Source: the human T2T-CHM13v2.0 reference genome, Homo sapiens | NCBI RefSeq assembly: GCF_009914755.1 | Contig: NC_060934.1 | Length of the DNA stretch: 64,000 bases | Strand: one strand, 5' to 3' | Shown: piece by piece, positions 29,161 to 44,229 of the stretch | Position numbering within the stretch: the first letter of the stretch is position 1 | Layout: the number at the start of each line of letters is the position of its first letter | Notes under the pieces: generated by a model | What the model was told of the DNA's origin: nothing | Seen by the model: the letters and a program-made list of their open reading frames with translations, nothing else | The model's database searches: none | Translations under genes and position numbers: made by a program

Positions 29161-31414
29161 TTATCTTTCTTATTTCTCAATGACTGCCCATGTGAATACC
29201 TAGAATCAAATGCATTTGCAGTTGTATGATATAGAATAGTAAGTGTAGACCAGAGACGTAAAATTATGGCATTGAAAGGAACCTATTTCTAAGGCTCTGT
29301 GAAACCCCCAAACAAGCAATATGAGGTCCTTCCATAGATTTCTCTGACATCTTGCTGTCGAATCTTTCAGTCCAGCACACGGACTCCATCTCTGAAACAT
29401 GCCATTGCCCTTGTAAACAAAATTAATGGAATTTTCCATATAAATAAATATGTATAACATATTTAGCTTTCACTTATTGCTAGACAGCTGAAAATTGGCT
29501 CTAGGTAGCAATTAGTGCTGAATGAATCCGTAACTGATATTCCAGCCTTTGCCACCGTGGAAATTTTTAAGCAGGACAACCTGATGTCATGGTGATAAGA
29601 TGTTTTTTCTTCAATCTTTATTTGACTAATAGTCTTTAATATTAAATGAAGATGTATTTGAGAAAAGAGCTTGATTCATTTTCACTGGATATGCTGCATT
29701 GCATTTTGTCTTTGATCTGTAAAAATGCATTGGTCAGTTTCCTTTAAAGCTACTGGGGAGAGGGTGGTTATCAGAAATGAGACCAGCTGGTGCAATCGCT
29801 TTTGATTGGACAAATATTGATGGGTACCTACCACTACATACCAGATACCATGCTGGGCATGGAACACATAAAAATTAATTAGTCCCTCCGTCTGCTTTTG
29901 GCTTTGTGAAAAATATAGACACCTGATTCTCCTGCTCTGTCGTAGGCTAGGCTCCGTCCTTTTCTGTTTATTTCTAAGCTTACTGGATTTCTCAGCATTC
30001 TTCCCTTTTTAAATTCATTCATTCATTCATTCAACAAGTCTCTCTTAGTATCTACTCTGTGCCGGGCACCGTGCTGCGTTCTAGGGCCAAAAGAAGGAAC
30101 AGAACCAGATCTGGTTCCTGCTCCTGGAGTTTGTACTTCAGTGAGGGAGAAAGGCATTAATCAAAGGAGCCCAAATGCAGAGCTGACACCCATGACAAGC
30201 GCTGTGAAGGAGACTGTGAGTCCTGCGAGAGTGGGGAGGGCAGGGATGACGATGAGCCTGGGATCTGAGGGTGGAGGAGAGGCTGAGTCTGCACAGATCG
30301 GAGAGACGCCTTCCCGACCCCCACTGAGAACCAGACGGTGGATGGGAGCAAAAAGGATGAGAAGGAAGAGGAGAGGCATGGTTTGGGGCAAGGTTAGAAA
30401 AGAAAGGGGGCAGAAATCAAACGATGGAAGGCCTGGTAGGAATGATTCTGGAAGGAGCAGTGACGTGCTGCTCGGATTTAGAAACGATCCCCCAGCTGCA
30501 GTGCAGGACGCGTGGAAGGACGTCTTGCCGGAGGTTGTAGCGCCCAGGGATTTGTGGTATCTGAGTAAGAGCGGAAGCACATGCCTGCCTGGACACCTAA
30601 GCGAAGAGCCCCGTGTTGTGGAATCCCCCGTCCTTTCTGAGGGGACAACACCAATCCCAGAGGTCTAGAATTGCCTGGCTGGTCTTCAGAACACGGTTTA
30701 TGGAATAGACCAATAGCCCCAGGAAGGAACTCACTTCCAGTGTCACACAAGTAAATAATATGGGTTTTGTTCCTTATCTTTCTATGGTAAGAAGCTATGA
30801 AAACAGCAGAGTGAGTGAAATGGTAGAAGAAGACAGTCTTGTAGGCTCCTAAAATTCTTATCACTTTGTCGAGTGTTCTCTCCTCAAGGGTACAAACGAT
30901 GTCTTCATTGCCTGGAAATGATGGCGCCCTTGTTCTTTATCCAAAGACTGATGGGGGAAAGAGTAATTCATTTAATAACATGGGGTCCTCATTACAGACT
31001 GGCCACCAATATAAAGCTTCGAATTTTTTTAAAATGCCCACTTTGTTTTAGAGTGGTTCATGGAAGCTTTTCATAGTTTTCACAAATGATGATCAATATA
31101 ATAAATTTATAAAGCCCATTTCTTTCAAGTAGAATCAGTGATAGAATTATTATACATATTCATTTTAAAATAAACATCTTCTCTCTATCTTCAGAGTCAA
31201 ATTATTAACTGAGGAACATACTGAAAAGAAGAATAAAATGAGTAAATTAATTTTTCCTCCAGAGATAGTTACTAGTAATACTTTGGTATACGTTCTTCCA
31301 ATAAGTTTTTCTATTCATATTTACACATTTTTAAAGGTTATCTAAAATATACCATCTGTAACATTTTTTCACTACACTACTGAAAAACTTTTCATGTTAG
31401 TATTTCTTACTAAA

Positions 31415-31650
31415 TTTTTTTTATTTTTGTAATTTTTTATTTTGATGTTGTGGATACATAGTAGGTGTATATATTTATGGGGTACATGAGATGTTTCGAT
31501 CCAGGCATGCAACGTGTAATAATCACATCGTGGAGAATGGGGTCTCCATCCCCTCAAGCATTTATCCATTTTGTTACAAACAATCCAGTTATATCTTTTT
31601 AATTATTTTAAAATGTAAAATTAAGTCATTATTAACTCTAGCCACCCAGA
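31415..31650 (-). mobile_element. L1MA-type 3' end fragment
   Basis: gtatatatttatggggtacatgagatgtttcgatccaggcatgcaacgtgtaataatcacatc. Confidence 0.8.
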
Positions 31651-32504
31651 AGCCTTGAATTTTTTAAGCTTTGGAGGAGATGAAGCCAGAGAAAGAGAAG
31701 CCACGTTTCCCGCCATGGAAACACACTTATGAGTCCTTCGCGATGGGCAAAGCCCACGTTTGAGTAGCAGCTGCTCGTCCCCTTGCCCTTTGCCCAGGTC
31801 CCTGATGATGTTTGTCTTGGATGCCACTGTGGGATGCCACTGTACAGTCGGGAGTGAAATTAGCCTCCTGTATGGTGGCATGTGAGGATGATTCCTTACT
31901 GGGGAGTGTGGAGAGTATGAGAAGTGACCGAGGAAATCCAGCCTGGGGGATTCAGCCTCCGTATCACAGGAGACGCTGCTGTGCAGTTTCTGTGCGTTCA
32001 GAGCTTCCACTTAATTTCTCACAGTGTGGGCCTTCATAGAAGGTTCTTTGTTGGGTCACCTCGGCTCCTGCGCTCAGATGACAATAGGAGCTTCAGGAGC
32101 TAAAATGACCGATGTGCTGTGCTGGTCAGGGTTCACTTGCAGACAGCAGAGTCTGCCCCGGCTAGTTACACAGAGGAGGATTGATTACCGGCTTTCAGTG
32201 ACTCCCAGCATCACTGCGGGGGCGGGGGGTGCTGAAGAAATTGAAGACACTCCAGGCTGCCTCCCAAAGCCACACAGCAGAAAGGGGCCACCAAGAAGCT
32301 GAGATTCTGTCGTCACCGGAGAGCCGCCTGCCTGCAGGCCAGCCCTGCATGTGACTGTTGCTGCTGCGTGCACACCCGCTCAGTGCTGCCCTTCATCCCA
32401 CTTCCCCTCCCCAGGTCAGTTCAGAATTCGAGTCCCAAGCAATTGTTCCTGATGGGGAAATGGCAATTCCATTTTAGGTGACCTGAATTAGGTATTAGGT
32501 GCCT

Positions 32505-32960
32505 TGTATGCCAGTTCTCCAGAGAAACAACACACGCGCATGTGCGTGTGTGTGTGTGTGTGTGTGTGTGAGTGGAGAGAGAGAGAGAGAGAGAGAGATT
32601 TATTACAAGGAAGCTGCTCACACAGCAATGGAGGCTTGACAAGTCTAAAATCCGCAGGGTGGGTCTGCGGGCTAGAGACCCAGGAGAGCTAATGGTGGAG
32701 CTCCAGTTCAAATGTTGTCTGCTGACAGAATTCTTTCTTGCTTGGAGGAGGTCAGTCTTTTGTTCTATTCAGGCCCTCAACTGATGAGATGAGCCCCTCC
32801 CACTTCACAGAGGACAATCTGCTTTACTCAAAGCCCACTGATTGAAATGTTCATTTCATCCCAAAACAAACACCCTTATGGAAAAATCCAGAATAGTATT
32901 TGACTAAACATGAGGGCACTGTGGCCCAGCCAAGTTAATGCATAAAATTCACCATCACGT
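32505..32960 (-). mobile_element. MLT2 (ERVL) LTR with (TG)n(GA)n microsatellite
   Basis: gttctccagagaaacaac...gatttattacaaggaa...ggcccagccaagttaatgcataaaattcaccatcac. Confidence 0.8.
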
Positions 32961-33720
32961 GTGTGCCCTGTTGCATGGGACTCTAACAAATTCCTCCCAC
33001 CCTCTACAGCACAGGAAGGCGCCCCAGAGAGAGGCTGGAATACACACTGTGTGAGCCAGTCTGCAGACTCTGCCAGATGCCTATGGAGACATCCTTGTGA
33101 AATTAGAATAGCTCTTCTCAGTTTATTTATGGAATCTTCTTGAAGATCAAAGATGCAGCACCGCTGTTGGTTTTGGTTTCCCCTATTATAACGGAGTCTG
33201 AATGAAAGGTGAGCAATTCTATTTAGGTTCTAGCCTAGATGTGGGGGGAAAGATGTCTATGCTAAGCATGACCATTGAGGTTTACAAAAACAAAAGTAGG
33301 GTCGCAAGCTAACAAAGAAAAACTAGAGAAAAGATTCTCCTGGCCATGCCCACAGCTGTTCCCAGAAGCTTCCTGAAACTGGTGATTTTATGTTCCTACC
33401 TTTCCTCTTAAGACTCCTGATGTACGTCCATTTCCCTGAGTTAATATAAAGTGACCAACTGCCAAGGTTTTCAGTTTCTCTCAAAATTTCAGCCAAACGC
33501 CTTGGAGGGAGGGCCTGAAGTCCTCCCACTAGAATTCAGCAGATCAACTCTCGAAGCTGCTCTCTTGACCACTGAATAGTTTCAGGTTCCTTAGGCAGTA
33601 ATGAAAATATATAATAATCATTAACGTTTGGAGGGTGCTCTATATTTGGAATTATTTTCATATCTCTTGTGTTCTTTGGTCTTCACAACACGTCTTGGAG
33701 TTATTTTTTTCCCCAGATAG

Positions 33721-34243
<523 letters not shown>

Positions 34244-34692
34244 TAAGTGACTTTCTCTATGTAGTCCAGTGGTTAGTACCAGAGGCAGAAGCCCACTTCC
34301 CTCACTCAACTCCAGTCTGATTTCCTCGTCCTGCAGCTCCCATATCCAAAGTTTTGTCCTAGCATCGGTTGCTTAACTCTGGGCTGTGGGATTATCAATA
34401 AGACACCAGCCCGTAGGTGATTCTCAGCCTCGGTTCATGGCACCCACTTTGAGGTAGCTCAGATGGGTTGTGCCATTTGTCAAAAGTTCATTTTAACTTG
34501 CTGTCATTGAAAATATATTTGGGGTCTATTAGTGCTTCTGTTTTAATATTTTTCTAACCATCCCGCAAGGGGGCAACAAGAGTTCTCAGAGCGGCCGAAA
34601 ACTCTAGCACAGCTTTTCTTGGGATCATTGTTAGACATTCTTTATTTATAACCAGACCACAAAACTTAGCACAAGTTCAAGAAAATTTGCTA

Positions 34693-35090
<398 letters not shown>

Positions 35091-37194
35091 CTATGCTAAA
35101 TAGAAGGTTTATTCTCTCACCCTCTTTTTCTTGTCTCTGTCCTGTTTGAGTTTGTGCTGGTATTTTCTGCTATTTTAAAATAATTTGGTCCTTTAAATGT
35201 CTATCAGCTTCTCCCTACTTCCTAACATGCCTCACACATAGGCCTCATGGTTTTCCAGGTGGAACAACCCTAAGATCATAATGCTGTTGATTTAATGTTG
35301 GAAGCTCCTCCAAGGAAGGGACCATGCCATGCATTTATTTGCATTTTACACAAAGGCTGTCAAATGGGGCCATCCTAGTGCCTGCGTGATAGGGCAGCTG
35401 TCCTTGAAATGAAGTGATCACTCAAGCCCTTGTTGAATGTGCACAAGAATGAATGAATCAATCAATAAATGAACCAATGATGCTCCAACAGGTGAGATGC
35501 AACAGGAGGATCATGAGCTCTTGAGCCTAGGCCCATTTCTGCTAAAGGATTTCTCATCCCTGAAAGCAATGCCCATCCCTCAAAGCCTTGCCTTTCCCTT
35601 TGAGAATGATCACACATCTTGTTTCCTATCTCAATACCTCACTCAAATTCCTTGGAGATCCTGGCACAGCAGATAGTCAGTAGCCTACGGTGTGAATCGC
35701 CTCTGGAACTTTAAAAACTTGAAACCTGGAGAATCTGATTCAGCAGGTCTGGAGCAGGGTAGTGGGTCTGTGGGTTTCATGATGAACCTGATGCCCACCA
35801 AACAATGAGAGCCGCGGTCCTAAGGTAGAGGACCAAAGAGTTCACTCTGTTGCAATTTTTGAGTGCTTGAAAGTAGTTTTGTTTTTGTTTTTCTTTGTGA
35901 GAAACTTTGCACTAAGACAGAAAGATGAGTCTGTTTTTAATATCATCCCTACGAAGGGAGCACCTCCACCATAATTACCCTGACGAGATCTTTCAGAGAG
36001 CATTTCCAACTCTATCATCTGGTTGGGGCTCGGCTAAATCGTGATTGCGTCCCTGAAATACACTGATGCCTACTTACCCTGCGTCACATTGGTTTTACTG
36101 CATATTAAAGTGGACTTCTAGAAAGTTACAAAAGACCTGAAGAATCCTAGTGATTCCTCTCTGATCCAATGCAACAGTCACTCACATCCACTGAGGTCCT
36201 CCTGGAAGCCAGGCCTGGTGTTTTCACGTGGTATTTTCTCATTCAAGCTTCACAGCAATCCAATGGGGTGAGGTTGTCTTATCTCCATCTTAAAGATGAA
36301 GGAAGCCAGGCTCTCCCAGGCTACATAATTTGGCCAGGGCTAAGGCTCCAGGGCTCAGGGCCACCTGGGGCTCTAACTCCAAAGTCCTTAACCATGGTGC
36401 CACCCTATTTCCTATTTGTAGCTCCATTTGAAAAGTGTTAATTGAAGCTTCCTTGAACTTTCCTTTGGAGTTTGTTGCCTTTTTTGTAGTTGTTAAATCA
36501 AGAGGGTCAAATAGCAAAACAAGAAGAAAATTTATAGAGCTCTAGGGAGTGGATAACGGGAAACTGCAGGCCCAGCAGTGAATTCCATGCTGGGAAACCT
36601 TGGATGGAAGGGGATTCTGGTACCTCCTGTTATTTTAGGTGGGGACTGAGTATGAGTTAATTTCCAGCTGCCCACACAGACCTTATCAATCAGGATGGCT
36701 CCATGACACTTGCCAACACCATGCTGACATTTGACCTTGCTGCCATTTTATGCTCACCTTACTTAAATGACAAGGGATAATGAATGTTTGCAACTGGTCA
36801 GGCATCAGCACGTCAGAACGTGGAAGATCACAGAGACTTGCAACTAGAAGAATTTTTTGTTTGTTTGCTTTTAAATGAAGCTAGGTGACTCTGCCTCCAA
36901 AGTCTTAGGAACTGCCTTGCTGGAGAGGCCACTACAGTAACGTAGACAAAGCTCTAAGCCACTACTCATCACTGAGCTACAGGAACAAGAAGAAAAGTTT
37001 AGATAAAGAGAAGTAAAGCATTCTCCTAATGCAGCCTAAGTAGAAAATTGAACCCGAAAAACAAGTTTATCAGCATCATTGAAACAAAAAGCAATATACA
37101 TTCAATCATAGTGTCACTTTAACATGGCTGAATTTTCAGATACTCTGATTTCCTGTTGGAGTTTTAGTACAACTAAGTAAGGGGTAGATATGGA

Positions 37195-37772
37195 ATCTGT
37201 TCCATTTATCAAGTACTGTGTAACAAACTATCCCCAAACATAGCGGCGAAAAACAACAAAAACACTTATTTTGCTCTTGAATCTGCAATTCAGGCAGGGC
37301 TTGACAAGGAAAGCTTGTCTCTGCTCTGCTCACTGTCAGCCGGGACAGTTCAAAGGCAGGGGGCTAAAATTATCTGAAGCTCAGTCATTCACATGCCCAG
37401 GGATTCACACTGACTTTTGGCTAGGACCTGAGCTAGGCTTGTCTGCCGGACAGCTACGCGTGGCCTCACGATGTGACCTCACAACATGGAAGCACCATGT
37501 GCTTCCTCACAACATGGCGGCTGGATTTCAATGATGAGTGTCCTAAGAGAGAGAGGACAGCAGCTGTATCACTGTTTGTGACCTGTCTCAAGAGCCATGT
37601 AGCCTCACTTCCATTGCCATCTATTCATCGAGATGACCACAAAGGCCCACCTGAATTCAATGGAATGGCAAAATAGATCCTACCTCTTGCTGGGCATAGT
37701 GGCAAGGTACAGAAGAGCATGTGGGACTAGAAATAGTGCAGTGTCCCTTTTTGGAAAATACAATTGGCCTCA
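37195..37772 (-). mobile_element. MLT1G/H-like MaLR LTR
   Basis: tgtgtaacaaactatccccaaacatagcggc...cttcctcacaacatggcggctgg...tttggaaaatacaat. Confidence 0.7.
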
Positions 37773-39065
37773 GAATCCACGGTGCAGGATTGCCCCAGAA
37801 AGCCATATGAATTATTCTTTATGGAAGTTGGACACTCTAAAGAGCAGATGACCTTTGCCACCATGATATGATGTCCCACCCCTCTCTAATGCCAACCTTC
37901 CATCTGTCCCAGGAAGGGCTGTCTTCTCACAGTAGGTGTTGGGTATTTCTGCCTCCCCTTTTGGCTTCTGCCCAACCATACCCTCACCCCATGCCTCCTC
38001 TAGCTGCTCTAGTTCACAATATTCTCTCTCTTCTCTGAACTTTTACTTCCTGTAGCACCGACAGAGCCTTGATATACTTCCTCCTCTCATGAGTTAATTT
38101 CCTTGTGTGCCTGTTTGCCTCAAAACCAGATAATAGGCCCTTGGCCCCTCTCCCTGTGTCATGCACAGAGTGGGCATTCAGTGAATGGTTCTTGATTTGA
38201 TTATACATTCATGACGTCACCGTAAAGTTAGTCTCCCTGGGCTACATATCAACATGGAAGAAAACTGCAGCCCCCTGACCTATTAGAAGGATGTGACATC
38301 TCACGGGAGTGCTCAGTTGCCCTTCAAAGACAGGAAAATAAATGTCAGATTTGGTTTTGTTTATCTGATCTTCATGCAATCACGGTTTCGTACCTCTGGG
38401 GGTGGAAAGAATTGGACTGTTTCATAATTGTTTAGAGGTAAGCATAAAATGCACTAAGGCATTGAACTCTGGGTGTGGTGAGAAAGAGAGAAGATGGGAA
38501 GGGTGAGAATTCATGGAATCTGGTTGGGTGCTCCTCATTTAGTGCCTTTGTGTGGGAGAAGAGCAGATAGATGGTGGGAGGGTGAAAGGAAGGGCTACTT
38601 CAAGTTGCTCCAAAAACTGGGAGTGGGTGGGAATTAAGTCTCTATCAGGTCAAGTTAATACTGGTTAGAATTAGCAAAGTGACTGAGAGTGAGCCTTGGG
38701 GTTTATTTTTTGGAAGGAGTCTAAAAGTCCTTCCCACAAAGCACTCCAGCTCCATCTAATGCAATGCCTCTGATTTGTCATAGGCAATTTCTATGAACTT
38801 ACGCTGTTTTCCCAGTGGACTGGAGTTTATGTATCTCTCTTAATCTGCACAGCCCAGTGGGGAGAGAATCTGTGTTTGTTCCCCTCCCATCTCCTTGCTT
38901 ACAATTCCTGCTCCCAGCTGGCTTCAGGAACACCCTTGGCAGAGGGGGTAGTGGACCCTCCCTCCATCCCCAAAAACTTAAAGAATGTGCCTTGATTAGA
39001 AGCACAAAGCAGATCTCAAGATGTGCTCAGCAGCTGTGGACACCCTGGAGATAAAAAGGAGAGGG

Positions 39066-39397
<332 letters not shown>

Positions 39398-42300
39398 TTA
39401 CATATCCAAAAAGGGAACAATCCACTTTTTGGTTTAGAACATGACATGTTGTCTTCATGCCAAGCCATCCTTTCCAAATTGTGTTCTATTAATTTAATCT
39501 TATGATTACTTTGTATTGATTGTCTAAAGCCCTCACCAATTTGCGACAGTAAAATGCACCCTGGAAGGATGTTAGGTTTAGGAGAGATGCAAGTTGATAC
39601 CACCGGCCACTGGCCACCAGGTCTCCATTCACAGATAACAGACTTTTGTTTCCATTATCAGTTGACAAATAACAGCTATGTGATTGACTGGGTGAAAAAT
39701 AAATTTACTGTAGCGTGTTAGTTGCACCATTTCACTCCCTTTATATTTTTAAAGCAAAGATTAAAGTTCAAAAAGAAGCCTCATTTGGTGTTTTTCACGT
39801 CTGATGGTAAACTCCCTGAGGACAGAGACAGTTGGTTTCCTGGGAGAAAACCCCATGGCTTATCACCAAACAGCGTGCAAACAGTAGGTGCATGGGTGGG
39901 GAGGCCTCAATAGTGTCACATACAAAGAAAGGAGTGAAAGCCTGACATAAATTCTCTTCCTTATCCAAAAAGCAAAGCTATCCTATGCAGAGGAAAATGG
40001 AGCTGAAACAAGTATGTCTCTTTCCTTCTTTGTATCCCACGACTGTAACCACAGGTATGGCTCTTAGGACCTGTGGAGTCATTCACTGTCCAAAGGCCAC
40101 GTAGGCTCATTCCTTGTTAGAATAAGGTTGCCTGTGCAGACGGCTGGTCCTGTGTGCAGGCATCTGGGCTCACGTCTCCCAGGAGGGGAGGATGGGGCTG
40201 CCGTTGCTGTTGCCATGGCCCCGTGCAGTGTTTCCATAACACAGCCGGCCCACATCCCAAGCAGGCCTGCTTGGACAGTTTGCCCTGCATGATGCGAGAC
40301 AGGCTGGAGAGTGATCAAGGACACTTTGGGATTGGAATTCTGGGTTTTGCGTGTGAGAGTTTAACTGGCTAAGACCAGGCCAGTACATGAGCGCAGGCCC
40401 AAGATCCGAGAGGGAAAGTCCTGAACGCCCCCTTCCCCCTGTCTTTTCGGCGGGGCTTTGGGAGTTTGCAGGGTGTTCTGAGTGTTTGGGCCTCAGGGAT
40501 TCTCGCCTCCGGGAGATTCCAGGAGCTGTAGGGGGTGGAATGCGAGTAGGAGGAGAGGTGAGTAATGACCGGTGGACCCGCATGGGCTAACTCTTACGGT
40601 TCAAGGGTTCAGGAAGAGATTTGCAAACGTCTCTACTCTACTTTGTCTACAAAAGAACACAAAGGAATTCAGAAACTTAATTTGAAGTGGAGTTTTTGGG
40701 GATTTTTTACTTCTTGGCAGTGGTAGGCTACCCACCATCTGGGACCTGTATGTGTCATTGAAAAGAAGGTCCCCTCTGGCATGAGTGGAGTGCGGTAGGC
40801 GTGGCCTGGAATCCCTGGGTGGCCTGACAGCCCATTTTAATCAGCAATTCTACTGGAGTTCCAGTGACCCAGGGAACAAAGTTCACCACTGCTCCTTACT
40901 CAGAACTGGTGATAACGTTGACAGGGCTGATGGGAATCCTCCTGCTGGCTGCAAACTCCACCTGCAGCAGAGACGGGGCTTCTAGGGAGACAGGGTCAGT
41001 GTGAGTGAGTGCTGCTGGGTTTGCCAGGCTGCTGGAGTGGGTGTACTACTCCTCAGTGTGCAGGGGGCATCCTCTGCCCCAAACCGACCCCATCTCATCT
41101 TCCCTTGCTGATTCCTCCTGGCTGCTTCCATGATCCGTCCTACTTCCCAAAACAGAGAGGATATCTAAATATCATTTTTCAACTTCCCCAGCTGGTAAAT
41201 GATGAAATTATTATATACTTGCCTTTCTTATCTTTCTACCAAACAGTAGGTTCCTTGAAGACAGACGTCATTATCATTCCTGCTTATGTTCATGTCCCCT
41301 AATTAACAGGCTTTGTGCTTACCTAACAAGTATGTGGCACGTATCTGTTTAAATAGCATAAAACAAATATCTCAGTGTTTGCAGTAGTGGACATATACCA
41401 GTAAAGTGTCAAGGGTGCCATTTCAGAATCCCTTAATCTTCCAGCAACTTTTTGGTGACCACAAAGATGGTGTTTTGCCTGTGATGCCCCACTCTCCTAA
41501 TATACTATATGGAATAATGACTTTCTATATCCGTAATCAATATTTACTTTGAATATCAGTAGGTTGAGTTAGTAGTTTGATTCTGGTCCCTTGTTTACTC
41601 TGATGCAATCCCCTGTAAGAAGGACCTGACAAAGTGCCTGGTGAATGGGGTTCAGTACATGCCAGTACCTTTTCTTTCCCTGCTAATGCGAACTTAGCAA
41701 TAAGCACTCACAGAAGTGAGAGTCTAGAGCCTTGGTTATTGGCTGTGACTCTGCCATCACGCTTAGGTGATCATTAAGACATCATTTGGTAGTATCTTTC
41801 CTCTGGCAAGGGGAAGAGATGGCTGTTTTTGCATAGGGATAAGATATTATCTTTAAAGCACTTTGTGATCCCAGAAGAAAAGTGTACTCTAAGACCCTGG
41901 AGCACTACCCCATTTCTCTACTGTTATTAACAAAATAAATGTGTGTCTGGCACAAGGACTTACACTTAGCAGATAACTCCCAAACTATCAGTGTAGTGGT
42001 GCATTATTTTTTGGCCACTTGGTCTTTTTGGGCAAATGCCTAACTGTGGAGACTCCCCCCACTTTACCAGTCCTGCCTCCACGTGGGAGCTTTGGCGGGG
42101 TTTATTTCTTGGGGCCAAGTCTCAACAAGTTGAATAGGAAAGCTTGGCAGCCCTAAGCTTCTTTTTCATCTTCCCTGGGGCACGCTCCTATGAGCATGTT
42201 AGGAAAGAGATTTTTAGGACAGCATTTCAGTCTCGGTTCTTTGGTCTTTTTAGTTAAAGGTCCACGGCCCTGATTTTCAGACGGACATAGTTGTACCAGC

Positions 42301-42594
42301 TAGAGCTCATAGAGAAGAGAGATTTAGACATTTGCTACTCCAAGCACAGTCCACAGGCATCTGTGTGGGCCTCCCTTGGGGGAGTGTTGGAAATAGAGGA
42401 TCTGAGACTCATGCCCCTCCCCCAACACCGGAATTGACCTGGCACCACATTCTCCAGGTGACTCACGAGCACTTGCACCTTTGAGAAGACTGATGGAGAC
42501 AAATGCCCGGGAAGCCGTCTGCAGACCCTGGAAAGGGGGTGTGCACTTGACCCAATCAGAGGCAGTCGTTTGGCTCAGCATCACAGAAAACAGA

Positions 42595-42949
42595 TGTATT
42601 AGTCCATTTTCACATTGCTGATAAAGACATGCCCAAGACGGGGAAGAAAAAGAGGTTTCATTGGACTTACAGTTCCACATAGCTGGGAAGGACTCAGAAT
42701 CATGGTGGGAGGCGAAAGATATTTCATACATGGTGGCGGCAAGAGAAAATGAGGAAAATGCAAAAGCGGAAACCCCTGATAAACCCATCAGATCTCGTGA
42801 GACTTATCTGCCACCACAAGAACAGTATGGGTGAAACCACCCCCGTGATTCAAGTCATCTCCCACCAGGTCCCTCCCACAACATGTGGGAATTACGGGAG
42901 TACAATTCAAGATGAGATTAGGGTGGGGACACGAAGCCAGACCATATCA
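42595..42949 (-). mobile_element. THE1A solo LTR
   Basis: tgtattagtccattttcac...gagaaaatgaggaaaatgcaaaagcggaaacccctgataa...accatatca; TSD acaga/atgga. Confidence 0.9.
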
Positions 42950-43698
42950 ATGGAAAATTCCAGAAGGATATGGAAATAGGGTGTAGTTCCAATGCAAGTT
43001 TCACCATAGAAGCTACTAGGCTTCTTCAGCTGCAGATCTGGGGCAGATCAACCATCTAATTAGGCCCTGCCAAGAGGGTGCCTGGGAAGGAAGGCCGTGG
43101 CAGGCAGGAGGAAGAGGAAAGAGAGGGTGCAAATTATCTTCCTATAAATTTTCAAGTAACCTATATGCATTATAAGATTTCCAGGCACTACGTAAGAGCA
43201 TAAAGTAAGCACCGGACATGAGAGTTGCCTTCCTCCGAGATTGTACTCATCATATGGAATTGATTAAGAGCACAGACTGCCATTGTTTGAACCCAGCTGT
43301 AGCACTCCCCAGCTGTGTGATCTCAGGCAAATTATGTAACTTCTCCCTGCCTCCATTTCCTCAGCTGGAGATAATAGCAGGGTTGTTGTGAGGGTTCAGC
43401 TTTGACGTGTGTAAAGCACTTTCACACCATGGCAGCCCGTCAGTCTTATGAGTTGGCTGTTCTCATTCTAATACTTTCATGATTTTCCACGTTTAAAACT
43501 TTGATCCATTTGGCATTTCAGTGTAAGGAGCAGGGTAAAGAATTACGGATGTGTCCCCCTCCTCCAGTGGTTAAATGGTTATCCAGTAATCCCAACATCA
43601 TTTATCAACTAATCTCTCTTTCCACCTGTCTTATGGGTTGAATTGTGTCACCTAAAAATATGTGTTAATGTCCTTACCTCCAGTAACTCACAATGTGA

Positions 43699-44025
<327 letters not shown>

Positions 44026-44064
44026 TGACCTTATTTAGAAATAGGGTGGTTAAAAATGTAATTA

Positions 44065-44229
<165 letters not shown>

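Noticed and set aside
30141-30668. 175-aa ORF
   Set aside because: Non-ATG start, overlaps L2-like sequence, no recognisable homology.
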